64,000 nt of DNA from an uncultured Actinomycetes bacterium (GCA_963706025.1 CAVPLM010000008.1:64001-128000), one strand, 5' to 3'. Shown: positions 39,745-49,967, numbered from the stretch's first letter. Numbers and translations are program-made. The notes: generated by a model from the letters alone, not told the origin.

Positions 39745-39863
39745 GGGCTCGTTTCAGAATGACGCTTTGCCGACAGGGTGCGATCGGCGCGAGTGAGGCA
39801 AGGACGATGGATCGCTCCGCCCAGCGCGGATAGGCGGCCAAGACTTCATTCCGAAACGAGTCC
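39745..39863. mobile_element. 119-bp MITE with 18-bp terminal inverted repeats and TAA target duplication
   Basis: GGGCTCGTTTCAGAATGA vs reverse complement GGACTCGTTTCGGAATGA (16/18); TAA on both flanks. Confidence 0.75.
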
Positions 39864-39980
39864 TAAGACCGCTGGGGCCTGTCAGTGCGGACCCTGATGG
39901 CAGAAGAACCGCGTGGTTTCCGAGTGGTGTCAGCGTAAACGGGAGTCAACACCGGAGTCACGCCTCGGACGCCGATTGAA

Positions 39981-40169
39981 CTATCCGCGGTGTGGCACTT
40001 TCCGTGTCGGCGGCGTCGTGCAAGTGTCCCCAGTCGGACTCGCCGGCTGCCTCTCAAGGTCCGTGAACGCACGGGTGAGCCGCGGGGCTTCAAAGGCCCT
40101 GTTTCGCCCGCCAGCAGTCACCTGACGGAGCACTCCGGCTTCCTCCAGTCGAGCAGTCACCTCATTCAC
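39981..40169 (-). pseudogene. C-terminal remnant of a Fic-family protein
   Basis: RLEEAGVLRQVTAGGRNRAFEAP..FTDLERQPASPTGDT resembles actinobacterial Fic C-termini. Confidence 0.5.
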
Positions 40170-40194
40170 CGCTTGCCAACTCCGGAATCATTAG

Positions 40195-40389
40195 GGACTG
40201 GACTTCAGGCGAAACGCGTGGGAGGGCTCGATCGTAGAGAAACGACTCAAGAAGCTTAAAGGGGTCGCGAGTCTCACTCTCAGCATGGTGACGAATCGTC
40301 TGAGCGTCGTCTACGATCCCGAGGTGGTATCCGTTGAGGACATCGAGAAAGAAGTGACCAAGGCGGGGGCGAAGACGGTGCGCACCTGA
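40195..40389 (+). pseudogene. HMA (CopZ/CadA-like) metal-binding domain remnant
   Basis: GLD[FRRNAW]EGSIVEKRLKKLKGVASLTLSMVTNRLSVVYDPEVVSVEDIEKEVTKAG*; no start codon and no Cys motif. Confidence 0.65.
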
Positions 40390-40432
40390 TCGGGCTCGGC
40401 TTGGAGAACCCTGGTGAAGGCTTAACGAGCTG

Positions 40433-40822
40433 ATGAACGAACAACCGGTGAAATCGACCATGCGTGTGACGAAGGCTCTGGCCGATCCTCAGCGTGTCCG
40501 AATCTTGCTGCTTCTACGCCGCGGTGAGCTGTGCGTATGCCAGATCGTCGAGGTACTCGAACTCGCTCCTTCCACCATCTCCAAGCACCTCTCTCTTCTG
40601 GCCGCTGCCGCCCTCGTTGAGGTGCACAAGCAGGGACGCTGGGCGTACTACCGACTGCCCGACGGGGACGCCGGCCAATTTCTCAGTCCACTGCTTGAGT
40701 GGTTGACACTAGCTCTGCGGGGCGACGAGACGATCGAGCAAGACGCACGCACCTTGGATGAGGTCCTGGCCCTCTATCCTGAAGAGGTTGCGCGTAATCA
40801 GAGGGCGCGTGCCCATGAGTGA
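40433..40822 (+). CDS. arsR: ArsR/SmtB family regulator
   Basis: KALADPQRVRIL..ELCVCQ..SKHL..WAYYRL. Confidence 0.9.
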   Translation: MNEQPVKSTMRVTKALADPQRVRILLLLRRGELCVCQIVEVLELAPSTISKHLSLLAAAALVEVHKQGRWAYYRLPDGDAGQFLSPLLEWLTLALRGDETIEQDARTLDEVLALYPEEVARNQRARAHE

Positions 40823-40935
40823 AGCTCAGGCGGAGTCTCTCTCTTCGACCAACTGCGCGATGGTCGTTCCCTGGAACAACTCTTCGAGTAGATCGGTTGC
40901 TTTCATCCAGAAGGGGCGGACACCCGGGGTAAGAC

Positions 40936-41991
40936 CTAGACAGGGACCTCCAACTCCCACAGCAACTTCGCAAGAGCATCCGTCAGATCACTTGGCAACG
41001 GGCTGCACTGCACTAAGGCTCGCGCCGTATCGAGCGTCTTGCCACACATGGATTCGGTCAGCGCCTGCAGGTCGATCTGACGGGGCAGCAAGAAGTCGCC
41101 TTGCACGTCCACCCTTCGCAGAATGGGCCCGTCCAGGTCGACGACGAGGGTCAGCACTCCACTGGGGGTCTTGGTGGAGAGGACCGACGTGTACGCCAGC
41201 CGGGGGTGGAACGTCCATTCCGGGCGTGCATACTTCACCTTGTACAATTCACCCGTGCGAGCGCGTTCCTCTCTCAAGAGTTCTCCCGGAACCAGCCTGA
41301 TCTCAAGCCGATCCGCGAGGTGCCTCGTGAGTTTCTCCATCACCTCATGCACTTGGATCAACCGGTCGGCCGCCTCGCTCAGCGTGATGACCCGATCTCG
41401 AACAGTGTCGATCCCCTTGTCGGCGAACTTCAGCCGCGACGGCCGGAGCGCTTTCTCCATCACTGCGCAATCTGTGGAAACGAGGAAGGTGCCGCTGTGC
41501 ACGAAGGCCTTGCCCCACTCCACCTGCGCGGAACCGTAGACCTTGCGTCCGCCAACAGTGCAGTCGTTCGTCGGTGAATGGGCCGCCTCCACGCCATATT
41601 CCGCGCACGTATCGACCACGGCGCGTGCGACTATCGGGTAGAGTTCGGCTGCTTCAGCTATTCCCATTCGGTCGAACAACTCCTTATGCCGGAAGAAAAG
41701 CGAGAAGCAGAAGCTCCCCTCATCCTGGTATACGGCACCTCCGGGGTTGTGGCGCCGCACGACGGGTATGCTCTTGCTCCGGCAATACTCCAGATCCACG
41801 TCTTCCTCCGGCACCTGATAGACGCCGATCCAGACTGAAGGCACTACTTGGCGTAGGCGAAGAGTGTCGGGACTGGTCCCTTCATCGACGCCACGCAGCA
41901 GGGCCTCCTCCACGGCAAAATGCCGGAAGGGGCCCTTGATGCCGTCGAACAGTAGCCGGAATGGAGGCCTAGTTGGTGTGGAAGTAGACAC
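40936..41991 (-). CDS. lplA: Lipoate-protein ligase A (catalytic plus C-terminal domain)
   Basis: AVEEALL, VVRRHNPGGAVYQD, NDCTVGGRKVYGSAQ, HSGT, C-terminal GDF. Confidence 0.88.
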   Translation of the reverse strand: MSTSTPTRPPFRLLFDGIKGPFRHFAVEEALLRGVDEGTSPDTLRLRQVVPSVWIGVYQVPEEDVDLEYCRSKSIPVVRRHNPGGAVYQDEGSFCFSLFFRHKELFDRMGIAEAAELYPIVARAVVDTCAEYGVEAAHSPTNDCTVGGRKVYGSAQVEWGKAFVHSGTFLVSTDCAVMEKALRPSRLKFADKGIDTVRDRVITLSEAADRLIQVHEVMEKLTRHLADRLEIRLVPGELLREERARTGELYKVKYARPEWTFHPRLAYTSVLSTKTPSGVLTLVVDLDGPILRRVDVQGDFLLPRQIDLQALTESMCGKTLDTARALVQCSPLPSDLTDALAKLLWELEVPV

Positions 41992-42691
41992 AGCGTTCCC
42001 TCTTACATTCCTCGGTCACTTGGGAGAACGCGCAGTGGATCACGTCCGAAACGACAAATGCGACCCCTAGTTCGCTGCTCATGAATCCCGCGGCAGCCTG
42101 AAGCGTGGCGTACACGCTCTGTTTGCAGCAACGTGGACCACCGAGTTGGGCTGCGTCCATCAACGCGCGGGCAGTCCCTCGCAGGGCCAGTGACCGCTCC
42201 CGGTCCGAACGGAACGTGGCCCCGGTCAGAAGAGAGACCGCACAGCCCAGGCCGGCACAGGCTCCGCAGTCACCCCTTGTGCCGCATACGCCTACCGGTA
42301 TATCTCCCATCCGACGGAGGGCAGCCCGGATTGCACCTTTTCGCACCGAGCAACCTTGATTCCGTAGCGCCGCCAGAATCGTAGGCGCCACCAGCAGATG
42401 ATGCTCGGGACCATGTTGATTGAACACAGGGTGCTTCATGATGAGGTCGACGATCTCGAGCGGGTCCGGGTTCGTGGTTGCCACGCACAGGCGCTCGATG
42501 ATTTCCTCGGAGGATGCCGTCCTGCAGCTCTCGCAGACATAATGGCCCTGGGGGCAGAGCCATTCACACCTCTCCTCGGCCCCGCAATATGAACAGGTCT
42601 GCAGTCGCGATTTCTCCAGCAGCTCAACGCCGCAAAGGGGACAATAGAACGCTACCGGGACCTGCCACTCCCCTCCAGGAATAGTCTCCAC
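41969..42691 (-). CDS. DUF5714 Cys-rich protein
   Basis: CPQGHYVCESC, HGPEHHLLV, GVCGTRGDCGAC, GPRCCKQ; start uncertain. Confidence 0.8.
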   Translation of the reverse strand: METIPGGEWQVPVAFYCPLCGVELLEKSRLQTCSYCGAEERCEWLCPQGHYVCESCRTASSEEIIERLCVATTNPDPLEIVDLIMKHPVFNQHGPEHHLLVAPTILAALRNQGCSVRKGAIRAALRRMGDIPVGVCGTRGDCGACAGLGCAVSLLTGATFRSDRERSLALRGTARALMDAAQLGGPRCCKQSVYATLQAAAGFMSSELGVAFVVSDVIHCAFSQVTEECKRERCVYFHTN

Positions 42692-42692
42692 C

Positions 42693-43028
42693 CTACTCCT
42701 GCCAACCTTCCGGTCCCTTTGCCAACTCCTCGCGTATCCTGGCATCGACCTTCCGAGACTCCGGCACCACCTGTTTAGTGACCAAGCGTCCATTGATATA
42801 GACGGCCGGAACCCGACAATACTTCCTCTGGGCCCGATAGGACACGGTCGTCGTCACAGGCGGTGTTTGTCCCCACACATAGACGTCCAACCGCACGAGG
42901 TCGGGAAAGCGACGCGTCATCTCCTCCATCACCGCCACGGTGGCCCGACACTTCTGCGTGGGCGGGCCGGCGATGACCACTTCCAGTCGCAGACGCTTTT
43001 GTGGCCTATTCTTATTCACAGCAGTCAC
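42693..43028 (-). CDS. Thioredoxin-like small protein (TxxC)
   Basis: LEVVIAGPPTQKC...VPAVYING...VP, similar to 51133-51390. Confidence 0.65.
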   Translation of the reverse strand: MTAVNKNRPQKRLRLEVVIAGPPTQKCRATVAVMEEMTRRFPDLVRLDVYVWGQTPPVTTTVSYRAQRKYCRVPAVYINGRLVTKQVVPESRKVDARIREELAKGPEGWQE

Positions 43029-43130
43029 TTGTCAGTTCTCCTGGAGCTGGGCCGTTATTCACGGTGGTCGGCTTGTCCGCCCTGTGACCACGTGCGGAGG
43101 AACATCACGGGTCGGGGTTGGATCTTGACG

Positions 43131-44560
43131 CTAGGGGCACCGTATCACCCCGTGGCTCCACAAACATGCTCCGCAGCGCGGGAAGGTGTCGTCCTCGCAG
43201 TCCTCCTCGTTGCCGTCAGACATGCTGCAGCCTCCGCAGGCGACGCAAGGGCGAAGTCGAAGTCCTGGACCCTCTTGCGAAAGGCGACATAATCGGGATC
43301 AGACCAGATATCCGTGAGACTCCGCTCGTTTAAGTGGCCGATCGCGTAGCGGTCGACGCGGCGTATTCGACGAAATAGCAGCTCCTCATGCGTGTGCACC
43401 AACGCCTGACAGGGACTGACGTTGCCCTCCCAAGAGACCGATGTGCTTCCCGCCTCGATGAAAGGGCAGCGCCTGGTGATCCCGCCCACATCTGTTCCAA
43501 GAAGCGTCGCTTCATGTCGGCCGTGAATCACCACCCAGAGAGGTCTCCGCGTGGTCTCAGTCACGTCCATGGGCGGCAGTCTTAATGCGTCGGGCCACGG
43601 GGTCGGTAGCGGCGCTATTCCGAGGGAGTCCTCGTAGAGGATCTCGGAGAGCAGCTCTCGGGTGTAAGGGATGACGTTGCTGATATTGAATCGGCTGGCT
43701 CCGACTAGTCGTCCGATCCAAAGGAGGAAGGGGAGATCGGTGATGTTTCGCTTCATGGCCACGAAGGCGATGCCGATCTCGGGGGCCGGACGGGAGCCTC
43801 TAGTATCTTGGAGATGTGTAGACGAGGTGGTGAAGACCGTGGAGCTGTCGTCCTTCAAATCCCGTACGAGGTCCAAGAGGTAGCGTTCCATGGATACGTA
43901 TTGGTCAACGAGCCCTCGGACCAGTCCCCAGCCCGGAAGTTCGTGCGGTTCGGGAAGGCTGGAGCAGTCACACAACCGGCGGCGGACTTCTCTGAACCCC
44001 CGCAAGTTCTCCAGCACCTGGGGGAGCAAGGCGCCCAGGCGCACATCGCTGTAGCTCTCAGGACGGATGCCGTCCAGCGATACCCAGAGAGTATCGAGAC
44101 CGGCCTCAATCAGGGAGCGGGAGGTCTCTTCGCTTAGGAGGCAGCCGTTGGTTATGAGTTCGACTTTGGGGGAGCCCAGATCCTTCACCCGAGCCACCAT
44201 CTCCAGGATCCCGGGATGGGCCAGGGGCTCGCCGAACCCGCCGAAAAACACAGCTGGCAAACGATCGAAGGCCGCAAGTCCTTCAAGCAGGCGAGTGAAG
44301 GTCTCCTCGCTCATGTCGCCCAAAGGTTCTGCCCAGGCATTTCGGATGCAGGTGCGGCAGGTGAGGTTACAGCGGCTGGTGGGCTCCACATACACTTTGG
44401 CCAGCTGCTCTACCGGGCGGCGGAGACGGGCGCTGTTGGGCTCCTCATCCAGGGTGACCGAAATTCCCGGACGTAGGCCCAGGCGGTTTGCCACTTCAGG
44501 GGGAAGCACCAACCGACCATCGGTATCGACGGTAGCTATGAGGTGGTCAAGAAGGTTCAA
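43131..44560 (-). CDS. Radical SAM/SPASM protein with AbrB-like N-terminus (W-cofactor oxidoreductase maturase-like); 1-nt frameshift at about 43250
   Basis: CNLTCRTC, GGFGEPL, RCPF..VSPC; one extra C restores PCVACGGC..DC..CGACLWSHGVIRCP*. Confidence 0.85.
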
Positions 44561-44578
44561 GACAGGCCGCCGCTGCCA

Positions 44579-44977
44579 TCAAGTGGGAACACACGAGCCT
44601 CCCGCGGCACACGTCTTCACTGCGAGCCAGTGCTGGAGCCGCTCATCAAGGGCGGATAGAACCTGCGGATCCAAGGCCTCTCTAGCACTCGCCAGAATGG
44701 CACGTAGCGGAGGTTCAAGATCATCGGCCAACCGGTAGTAGATCCACACGGCTTCCCGACGATCGTCAACCAGTCGCGAGTTCAAGAGGTAGTGCAGGTG
44801 GCGCGAGGCCTTTGACTGGGTGATATCAAGCGCATGCTCAAAGTCACAGACGCACAACTCCGCATGCTCAGCGAGCAGGACCACCATCTGTATGCGGGTT
44901 TCATCGGACAGGGCCTTGAGCTTCCCTGCCAGTTGACGCGCATCCGAGGAAGGGTGTGTCATCGAATCCTCACACAC
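44579..44977 (-). CDS. arsR: ArsR/SmtB family regulator
   Basis: KALSDETRIQM..ELCVCD..SRHL. Confidence 0.9.
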   Translation of the reverse strand: MCEDSMTHPSSDARQLAGKLKALSDETRIQMVVLLAEHAELCVCDFEHALDITQSKASRHLHYLLNSRLVDDRREAVWIYYRLADDLEPPLRAILASAREALDPQVLSALDERLQHWLAVKTCAAGGSCVPT

Positions 44978-45075
44978 TTCGACTCAATTTGCGCTACCAT
45001 TATAACCGTTCAAGCGTGTGTACGCGAGGACGGCATGATCAGTAACTCCAGTCGCGGCGAAACGCGTGGGAGGCT

Positions 45076-46434
45076 ATGAAGCGTCTTTCTTTTCTTGACA
45101 GGTTCTTGACCCTGTGGATCTTCCTGGCCATGGCCATCGGCGTGGTGGCCGGCTACCTCTGGCCCCAGATCGGCAAGGCCATCGAGAGCGCGTCTATCGG
45201 CACCACCTCGATCCCCATCGCCATCGGTCTTATCGTCATGATGTACCCGCCGCTCGCGAAGGTCCACTACGAGGAATTGGGAGACGTCTTCCGCAATACG
45301 AAGATCCTGGGGCTTTCGCTGGTGCAGAACTGGATCATCGGTCCCATCCTCATGTTCTTCCTGGCCATTTTGCTCTTGTCCGACAAGCCGGGACTCATGC
45401 AAGGCGTGATCATGATCGGACTGGCCCGCTGCATCGCCATGGTCATCGTCTGGAACGAGCTGGCCAAGGGGGATAGCGAGTACGCTGCCGGACTGGTGGC
45501 CTTCAACTCGGTGTTCCAGGTGCTGTTCTACTCGGTCTACGCCTACGTGTTCCTCACCGTTCTGCCCGGCTGGTTCGGGTTGGAAGGGACGGAGGTGGAC
45601 GTGAGCATGGCCGAGATCGCGAAGAGCGTGGGTATCTACCTGGGCATCCCGTTTGTCGCCGGTATCCTCACCCGGTTCACTCTGCTGCGCTTCAAGAGCA
45701 AAGAGTGGTACGACCACGAGTTCATCCCCCGCATCAGCCCCATCACCCTGATCGCCCTACTGTTCACCATCCTGGTGATGTTCTCGCTCAAGGGCGAGAT
45801 CATCGTGCAACTGCCGCTGGACGTCGTGCGTGTGGCCATTCCTCTCTTGATCTACTTCGTGGTCATGTTCTTTGTCAGCTTCTACATGGGCAAGAGGGTG
45901 GGCGCCGACTATCGCAAGAGCACCACTCTTGCCTTCACGGCCGCCTCCAACAACTTCGAGTTGGCCATCGCAGTTGCCATATCCGTATTCGGACTGGCTT
46001 CGGCCCAAGCCTTCGCGGCCGTCATCGGTCCCTTGGTGGAGGTGCCGGTCATGATCGGCCTCGTCAACGTGGCCTTCTGGTTGCAGCGACGATATTGGCC
46101 GGCCAGGGAAACGGACACGGCGCCTGCGGTGGTGGGCGCGGAAGGGCAGGATCTTGGCTGTCCGACCGATGATCGGCCGTACAATCCAAGACACATACCA
46201 AGACGGGAGATGAATGATGTCACAAGGCAAGGACCAAGAGACGGTCCACGAAGCCGTGCGCGACCGGTACGCGGAGATCGCGAGAACAGGCTCATCGTGC
46301 TGCGGCGGTTCGCCCTGCTGCGGTCCAGCGCCGGCGGACGAAGAGGGCGACGAACTGTATCTCGCCCGCAAGGTAGGTCACACCGAGTCGCTCAAGCTTG
46401 GCTACACCGAGGAGGAACTGGCGGCGGCACCTGA
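45076..46434 (+). CDS. acr3: Acr3 arsenite efflux permease (natural stop probably near 46182; ORF runs into arsM as assembled)
   Basis: [48 protein letters not shown]. Confidence 0.95.
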   Translation: MKRLSFLDRFLTLWIFLAMAIGVVAGYLWPQIGKAIESASIGTTSIPIAIGLIVMMYPPLAKVHYEELGDVFRNTKILGLSLVQNWIIGPILMFFLAILLLSDKPGLMQGVIMIGLARCIAMVIVWNELAKGDSEYAAGLVAFNSVFQVLFYSVYAYVFLTVLPGWFGLEGTEVDVSMAEIAKSVGIYLGIPFVAGILTRFTLLRFKSKEWYDHEFIPRISPITLIALLFTILVMFSLKGEIIVQLPLDVVRVAIPLLIYFVVMFFVSFYMGKRVGADYRKSTTLAFTAASNNFELAIAVAISVFGLASAQAFAAVIGPLVEVPVMIGLVNVAFWLQRRYWPARETDTAPAVVGAEGQDLGCPTDDRPYNPRHIPRREMNDVTRQGPRDGPRSRARPVRGDRENRLIVLRRFALLRSSAGGRRGRRTVSRPQGRSHRVAQAWLHRGGTGGGT

Positions 46435-47050
46435 GGGAGCCAACCTGGGCCTGGGCTGCGGCAATCCGCAGGCCATTGCGGACTTGAAGCCGGGAGAAGT
46501 GGTGGTGGATCTGGGTGCCGGTGCAGGTTTCGACTGCTTCCTCGCCGCCCGGGCGGTCGGCTCGGATGGTCTCGTGATCGGTGTGGACATGACCCCAGAG
46601 ATGGTAGGCACGGCCCGTGAGATCGCGAGGAGCTCCGGATACGAGAACGTCGACTTCCGTCTGGGCGAGATCGAGCATCTGCCGGTACCCGACGAGACGG
46701 CAGACGTGGTCATCTCCAACTGTGTGATCAACCTATCTCCGAACAAGCCGGCGGTCTATGAGGAAGCCTTCCGGGTGCTCAGGCCGGGGGGACGTCTGGC
46801 AGTGAGCGATGTTGTGGCCACGGCTGAGCTACCGCAGGAATGGCGGGACGACATGCGCCTGCTTTCGGCCTGCATCTCGGGAGCCGCCACCACGAGGGAG
46901 GTTGAAGAGATGCTTCGGGCGGCGGGTTTCGTGGACATCGCCATCCGTCCCAAAGAGCAAAGCCGGGAGTTCATCCAAGAATGGGAACCAGGGAGAAACC
47001 TCGAGGACTACGTCCTCTCTGCCAACATCTGCGCGACGAAACCCCAATAA
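46214..47050 (+). CDS. arsM: Arsenite S-adenosylmethionine methyltransferase
   Basis: [38 protein letters not shown]. Confidence 0.95.
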   Translation: MMSQGKDQETVHEAVRDRYAEIARTGSSCCGGSPCCGPAPADEEGDELYLARKVGHTESLKLGYTEEELAAAPEGANLGLGCGNPQAIADLKPGEVVVDLGAGAGFDCFLAARAVGSDGLVIGVDMTPEMVGTAREIARSSGYENVDFRLGEIEHLPVPDETADVVISNCVINLSPNKPAVYEEAFRVLRPGGRLAVSDVVATAELPQEWRDDMRLLSACISGAATTREVEEMLRAAGFVDIAIRPKEQSREFIQEWEPGRNLEDYVLSANICATKPQ

Positions 47051-47088
47051 CGACCTGACGCGACAACGGAGAGGAGACGTGAGAGGGG

Positions 47089-47823
47089 ATGAGGCGAACG
47101 ATCGAGACTCTGGCGCTCTTCTCTGACGTGCACGGGAACCGCCTCGCCCTCGAGGCAGTCCTCGACGACCTGCGGGCCCGAGAGATCACCAGGATCTGCT
47201 GCCTGGGTGATCTGGTCGGATACGGCCCCGATCCCAACGGGGTGATCGACCTGATTCGTAGCCAGGGCATCGACAGCATCCTCGGAAACTACGACGAAGG
47301 GGTCGCCTGGGAGACGGGCGATTGCGGCTGCTTCTATGCGGATGCGGAGGCCAAGCGCATCGGCGAGGCGTCTTATGCCTTCACCGTCGCCACGGTGACG
47401 GCCGAGAGGAAGGCCTATCTGCGCACCCTGCCGCGGGAGCTGCACGTGGACCTCGCCGGCAAGAAGGTCCACTTGGTGCATGGCAGTCCCCGGCGCATCA
47501 ACGAATACCTCTCCCGTGACCGCGACGAACGGACCTACCGGCGACTGGCGGAAGCCGAATCGGATGACGTCCTCGCCTTCGGACACACCCACGACCCCTG
47601 GTTCCGCCGGTACGGAAAGACGTTGTTCGTCAACGTGGGTTCGGCCGGGCGACCCAAAGACGGGGACCCTCGAGCCGCCTATGTCCTCTTAAGGTCGTCC
47701 ACCGAAGTACCGGTGGACGTAGAGATCGTCCGGGTCGCGTACGATGTAGAGGCTGCGGCCGACGCAGTCCTTGCCGCCGGTCTGCCGGCCACGCTCGCCG
47801 AAATGTTGCGGCGCGGAAACTGA
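47089..47823 (+). CDS. Metallophosphoesterase family protein
   Basis: SDVHGN, GDLVGYG, GNYD, HGSP, GHTH, NVGSAGRPKDGDPRA. Confidence 0.92.
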   Translation: MRRTIETLALFSDVHGNRLALEAVLDDLRAREITRICCLGDLVGYGPDPNGVIDLIRSQGIDSILGNYDEGVAWETGDCGCFYADAEAKRIGEASYAFTVATVTAERKAYLRTLPRELHVDLAGKKVHLVHGSPRRINEYLSRDRDERTYRRLAEAESDDVLAFGHTHDPWFRRYGKTLFVNVGSAGRPKDGDPRAAYVLLRSSTEVPVDVEIVRVAYDVEAAADAVLAAGLPATLAEMLRRGN

Positions 47824-47948
47824 GCAAGGAGACACTCTCAATGGACCCACGCGCAGCCCACGCCACCAGCATCTGGAGATCGACATCCACCGGTCGGGGC
47901 GCGGATGGTCGTGATAGTCGTCGCACTTATTGTGGAGGTTGAGGACTG

Positions 47949-48374
47949 ATGGCCGAGACAGCGGAAGAACTGGAAACCACCGAGAGCAAGCAGCAACGAC
48001 CCGGCCTGATCATGTGCGTCTGCACCGGCAAGTGCCCGGGATTCGAGAAGATGGACATCTGGGACTTCATAAATCGAGTGCGGATCGAATTGCCGGTCGA
48101 ATTCGGGATGATCCATCCGCAACTCTGCGAGGAAGACGGGGACCGTTTCTTGGCCGACTTTCTCCAGGCCAAGCGGCCGTTGGTCATTGCTGCCTGTGCC
48201 CCCAACATGCAGTACAAGATGTTCCGGGACGCCTTCGCCGCCGAGGGCATGGACGTGAAGAAGGATATGGTGCCTCTCGACATCCGCGACATGACCACCG
48301 ACGAGGCGGTTGAGAAGGTGGCGGCAGCGCTGCGCGACATGGGCATCGACGAGGACGGTGGCGAGGATGGCTGA
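47949..48374 (+). CDS. Stand-alone heterodisulfide reductase HdrA N-terminal-like domain
   Basis: MCVCTGKC...QLCEEDG...VIAACAPNMQYKMFR...LDIRD. Confidence 0.7.
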   Translation: MAETAEELETTESKQQRPGLIMCVCTGKCPGFEKMDIWDFINRVRIELPVEFGMIHPQLCEEDGDRFLADFLQAKRPLVIAACAPNMQYKMFRDAFAAEGMDVKKDMVPLDIRDMTTDEAVEKVAAALRDMGIDEDGGEDG

Positions 48375-48675
48375 GACCACTTTCATGGGAGTGCCGCGCA
48401 GCAAGATCCCGTGGGCTCCCACCATCGACTACGACAAGTGCGACTTCTGCATGGAGTGTGACGAGTTCTGCCCGCACCGGGTCTTCGAGCGGCGAGAAGG
48501 CGACGTCAAGCTCGTGGTAGCCAATCCCGACAACTGCGTGGTGTTCTGCCGGGCCTGTGCCAAGACCTGCGGCCCCGACGCGCTCTCGTTCCCCGACAAG
48601 CCGGAGACCGTGGCCCTCATCAAGAAGCTGCATGCGGCGGAAGGCGAGTCGCGCACCGAGGAGGGCGGGGCATGA
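48367..48675 (+). CDS. 2x[4Fe-4S] ferredoxin
   Basis: CDFCMECDEFCP and CVVFCRACAKTC. Confidence 0.9.
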   Translation: MAETTFMGVPRSKIPWAPTIDYDKCDFCMECDEFCPHRVFERREGDVKLVVANPDNCVVFCRACAKTCGPDALSFPDKPETVALIKKLHAAEGESRTEEGGA

Positions 48676-49532
48676 GCTACGCAGTCCTTGCCTGCACGGG
48701 TCTCGACAAGGCCGAGGGTTCGGTGACCCGCGAAGTGGCCATCCGCCTGGCCCAGGAGACTGGAGCCGAGATCGTCTGCCCGGTCGTGCTCAACCGCACC
48801 CCTGCCCGATACAAGAAGACACTGGCCGAGAACCGGCTAATCGTCGTCGACGGGTGCGCCACGCAGTGTGCGAGTAAGCTCGCCGCGGCCAAAGGAACGA
48901 AACCGGCCCAGAAGGTGATCGTTTCCGATGTGGTCAAGAAATCAGGTGGCGCCCTTGAACCTGACCTCCGCCTCGGCTCCGATGCTCTCGAGCTTGCCCG
49001 GAAGATCGTCGACGACATCAAGGCAGCTGAGACTGCCGAATCCAAAGAGACGCGGGCAGCCAAGGAAGCACCGGCGGAGGCGGAGTTTGAAAGCCCATCG
49101 GATTTCACGGTAGTCGTCTACGACAAGTACGAGTTCCGCGTCCCCTTGACCGGATTCTTCTTCAACGCTAACGACGTCTGGGCGCAGGTGGCCGGAAGCA
49201 GGGCCCGAGTGGGCATCTCCGACTACATGCAGCAGCGGCTCACGGATATCACCTACGTGGACCCGCCCGACGTCGGCACGACCATCGAGCAATTCGACGA
49301 GGTGGGCACTGTCGAGTCGACCAAGGCTACCTTCGAGGTAGTCTCCCCTGTGAGCGGCACGGTCGTGAAGATCAACGAGGCGGTGACAGACGTGCCCGAG
49401 TCGATCAACGAAGATCCGTACGGCAGCTGGATCGTCGAACTGGAACTGACCTCTTGGGAGGAAGACCAGGCGTTACTGGTCGATGGACCGGCGTACGCCG
49501 CCGACGTGGAGCGCAAGGCCGCCGAAGACTAA
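48672..49532 (+). CDS. DGC zinc-binding domain fused to a GcvH-like lipoyl carrier
   Basis: N-terminal AC..C..DGCATQCA; C-terminal RVGISDY..GTVESTKAT..SPVSGTV..INEDPYG with the lipoyl Lys. Confidence 0.88.
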   Translation: MSYAVLACTGLDKAEGSVTREVAIRLAQETGAEIVCPVVLNRTPARYKKTLAENRLIVVDGCATQCASKLAAAKGTKPAQKVIVSDVVKKSGGALEPDLRLGSDALELARKIVDDIKAAETAESKETRAAKEAPAEAEFESPSDFTVVVYDKYEFRVPLTGFFFNANDVWAQVAGSRARVGISDYMQQRLTDITYVDPPDVGTTIEQFDEVGTVESTKATFEVVSPVSGTVVKINEAVTDVPESINEDPYGSWIVELELTSWEEDQALLVDGPAYAADVERKAAED

Positions 49533-49547
49533 AGAGCGAGAGGACTC

Positions 49548-49967
49548 ATGGAAAACGACTGCGACAAGGTGCTGGTCATCCCCTGTAGCGGCATCGGCAA
49601 AGTCCACGGGCTCATCAGCCGGGAGTCCGCCTACCTGGTCACCGATGAGCTGGCGCCGGGAGAGACCGACGTGGTCTGCTTGGCGCTTCTAGTGAAAGAA
49701 GATGAAGAGACCCGGGCCGAAGTGCAGGCGCACCCCTGCATCACCATCGATGGCTGCGGCAAGGCCTGTGCTCAGAAGAACGTGGAGATCGCCGGAGCAA
49801 AGGTGGCTGAAGCCTTTCAGGTGGCCAGATTCCTGAGCAGCCACCGGGGAGCCCAGCCGGGCAGCGGGTCGGAGCTGACCGAAGAGGGCTGGGCCATCAG
49901 CCGGGAGATCGCTGAAGCCGTGGCCGCAGAGGCCGCTCGCCTCCGCGCAGGTGAGGAGGTGGCCTGA
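49548..49967 (+). CDS. DGC domain putative zinc-binding protein
   Basis: PCSG..CL..IDGCGKACA. Confidence 0.88.
   Translation: MENDCDKVLVIPCSGIGKVHGLISRESAYLVTDELAPGETDVVCLALLVKEDEETRAEVQAHPCITIDGCGKACAQKNVEIAGAKVAEAFQVARFLSSHRGAQPGSGSELTEEGWAISREIAEAVAAEAARLRAGEEVA

Noticed and set aside
48672-49532. Ordinary glycine cleavage system
   Set aside because: No gcvT, gcvP or lpd in the window, and the H domain is fused to DGC inside an ars locus.
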